From Candidatus Bathyarchaeota archaeon (lineage in GTDB: Archaea; Thermoproteota; Bathyarchaeia; Bathyarchaeales; Bathycorpusculaceae), in the NCBI GenBank assembly GCA_963780185.1, contig CAWABA010000001.1:224001-288000 (forward strand): a DNA stretch of 64,000 bases, in the 5' to 3' direction. Under the pieces are notes generated by a model, which saw only the letters and a list, made by a program, of their open reading frames with translations, was not told the DNA's origin and ran no database searches. The first letter of the stretch is position 1. The number at the start of each line of letters is the position of its first letter. This document shows positions 62,375-64,000 of the stretch, piece by piece. The translations under genes and the position numbers were made by a program.

Positions 62375-62448
62375 CGTTCCGTTTTTTGAGTCGGAACTTT
62401 TATTTGGTTCATTTTAACGTTAGTTAATCCGATTAAAGACAGAATTAT

Positions 62449-63726
62449 GTGAAGTCTTTGAGTACTGCCAAAAAATCGTCCCTTGAACTGTTCCGTTTAC
62501 GGAAAATGCTAAATGCCCTAGCGAGCAAAGAAGGCAGCCACACGGAACTCATCACGGTTTATGTTCCTCCAGGCAAACAAATCAGCGACGCCTTGAGCCT
62601 GCTGCGCAACGAATATGGCACAGCAAGCAACATCAAATCAAACGTTACACGCAAAAACGTTCTGGACGCCATCACTAAAGCCCAGCAGAAACTCAAACTC
62701 TTCAAAGACCCAGGAGAAAAAGGCATAATCATTTTTACAGGCGCACTTCTACCCGAAGGCGGCGGACCAGGCACCGAACGCATGGAAGCCTACGTCATCG
62801 TCCCGCCTGAACCAATCAAGATTTTCCTTTACCGCTGCGATTCACGGTTCCACACCGAGCATCTGCAGGAGATGCTTAGGGAAAAAGAAACCTACGGCAT
62901 TCTGCTGGTAGACGCCAACAACGCCACCATCGCAACCCTTCAGGGTAAACGGCTAGACATTGTGCGTCAAATGCATTCGGGTGTCACAGGCAAAACCAAG
63001 GCAGGCGGGCAGTCAGCTCGGCGGTATGAGCGTTTGCGGGACATGCAGCTTAACGAGTATTTTACCCGTGTTGGTGCGCATGCGAATGAGACTTTTCTGC
63101 CGATTGACACTCTGAAAGGTATTATTCTTGGTGGTCCGGGACCGACAAAGTATGATTTTGAGAAAGGCGGCTACCTCAATTATCAGTTGAAAGACAAGAT
63201 TTTGGATGTTGTTGACACGGCTTACGTGGAGGAGCAGGGCGTTAAGGAAGTGATGGATAAAGCGCCTGAAATCATGAAGAAGGTCCGCTACATCGAAGAG
63301 AAAGCCATCATGCAGAAATTCCTCTACGAAGTCGGCCATGACACAGGAATGATAACTTACGGCGAAGCCGAAGTTAGGCGGCTTCTGCAGTCGGGCGCTG
63401 TCCGTTTGCTCATCTTGTCTGAAAGCTTGGATCTGGTTCGCTTAACAGTGAAATGCGGCGCCTGCGGCGACGAGGAGCAGCACACCGTGAAAGCACAGGA
63501 AGTTGTGGCTTTCGAGCAGGGACTCGTCGGCAAACCCTGCGCAAAATGCAGCGCCCCATCCATGACGGTGCTTGAGAAAAAAGACGTCGTTGACGACTTA
63601 GCAGAGTTGGCGGAGCTTGGCAACACCGATGTCGAGGTCATTTCAACTGAAACCGAAGAGGGGCAAATGCTTAAAAACGCCTTCGGCGGCATAGCCGCAA
63701 TGCTACGCTTCAAACAGCAAGGCTAA
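62449..63726 (+). CDS. prf1: Peptide chain release factor aRF1
   Basis: TASNIKS, YRCD, GGQS, AFGGIAAMLRF. Confidence 0.97.
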   Translation: MKSLSTAKKSSLELFRLRKMLNALASKEGSHTELITVYVPPGKQISDALSLLRNEYGTASNIKSNVTRKNVLDAITKAQQKLKLFKDPGEKGIIIFTGALLPEGGGPGTERMEAYVIVPPEPIKIFLYRCDSRFHTEHLQEMLREKETYGILLVDANNATIATLQGKRLDIVRQMHSGVTGKTKAGGQSARRYERLRDMQLNEYFTRVGAHANETFLPIDTLKGIILGGPGPTKYDFEKGGYLNYQLKDKILDVVDTAYVEEQGVKEVMDKAPEIMKKVRYIEEKAIMQKFLYEVGHDTGMITYGEAEVRRLLQSGAVRLLILSESLDLVRLTVKCGACGDEEQHTVKAQEVVAFEQGLVGKPCAKCSAPSMTVLEKKDVVDDLAELAELGNTDVEVISTETEEGQMLKNAFGGIAAMLRFKQQG

Positions 63727-63798
63727 ACAGACACCAGAGTTAACCCGAAGTAAGGGTTCAAATTGACACGATGTCGCTTCTAGTTGTTTTCCCGGTCT

Positions 63799-64000
63799 TT
63801 AGTCGGCTACGCTAATAAACTTTCTTTCAAAGTCTGGAAGCAGAAACAAGTTCTCGTCGTTGTAGTCGGCTTTTTTTGCGGGTATGGTTATTTGGAATAT
63901 TGCCCCTTTTCCGGGAGTTCCCACTTCTTTTATGGTCCACCCGTAGGCTTCAATCATTTTCTGGACCAGTTTAAGCCCAAGTCCTGAGCCGTTGCCTGTC
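63799..64000 (-). CDS. Sensor histidine kinase, C-terminal HATPase end (partial)
   Basis: Minus strand reads TGNGSGLGLKLVQKMIEAYGWTIKEVGTPGKGAIFQITIP. Confidence 0.85.
   Translation of the reverse strand, partial: TGNGSGLGLKLVQKMIEAYGWTIKEVGTPGKGAIFQITIPAKKADYNDENLFLLPDFERKFISVAD

Noticed and set aside
1-64000. tRNA, rRNA, transposase or integrase genes, and the many short antisense ORFs in the track
   Set aside because: No cloverleaf, rRNA or recombinase motifs were recognised by eye; antisense ORFs lie within well-supported genes

Overview
Archaeal chromosomal window, most consistent with Bathyarchaeia. Evidence: aRF1, Ftr, a LysW pathway, a DUF39-CBS homocysteine module and PEF-type sorted surface proteins; the taxonomy is an inference. 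Contents in order: ilvB-ilvN-leuC-leuD; larB/larC/larE with CooT; rpiA; arsR-acr3-arsC; lysW-X-Y-Z-J-K; several surface proteins; queT; a YyaL-type protein; two tandem double-Lrp regulators; thrC-hom-ask; argG-argH-carA-carB; a 51-56 kb patch of small accessory genes; the ASA sulfurtransferase trio; ftr; aRF1. About 15 single-base frameshifts occur between 30 and 60 kb and look like read or assembly errors. The most interesting signals are non-coding: (1) a leader-peptide uORF ending in Val-Leu-Ile-Leu ahead of ilvB, a candidate for archaeal ribosome-mediated attenuation; (2) a preQ1-I-like pseudoknot in the queT 5' UTR; (3) a 53-bp bipartite element shared by the lysW and argG promoters 27.6 kb apart, a candidate arginine regulon with an HTH-ACT regulator; (4) a 122-bp inverted repeat pair containing seven GACT motifs at 10-bp spacing. 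No tRNA, rRNA, CRISPR array or transposase was recognised. All family calls are from motif recognition by eye, not database searches.
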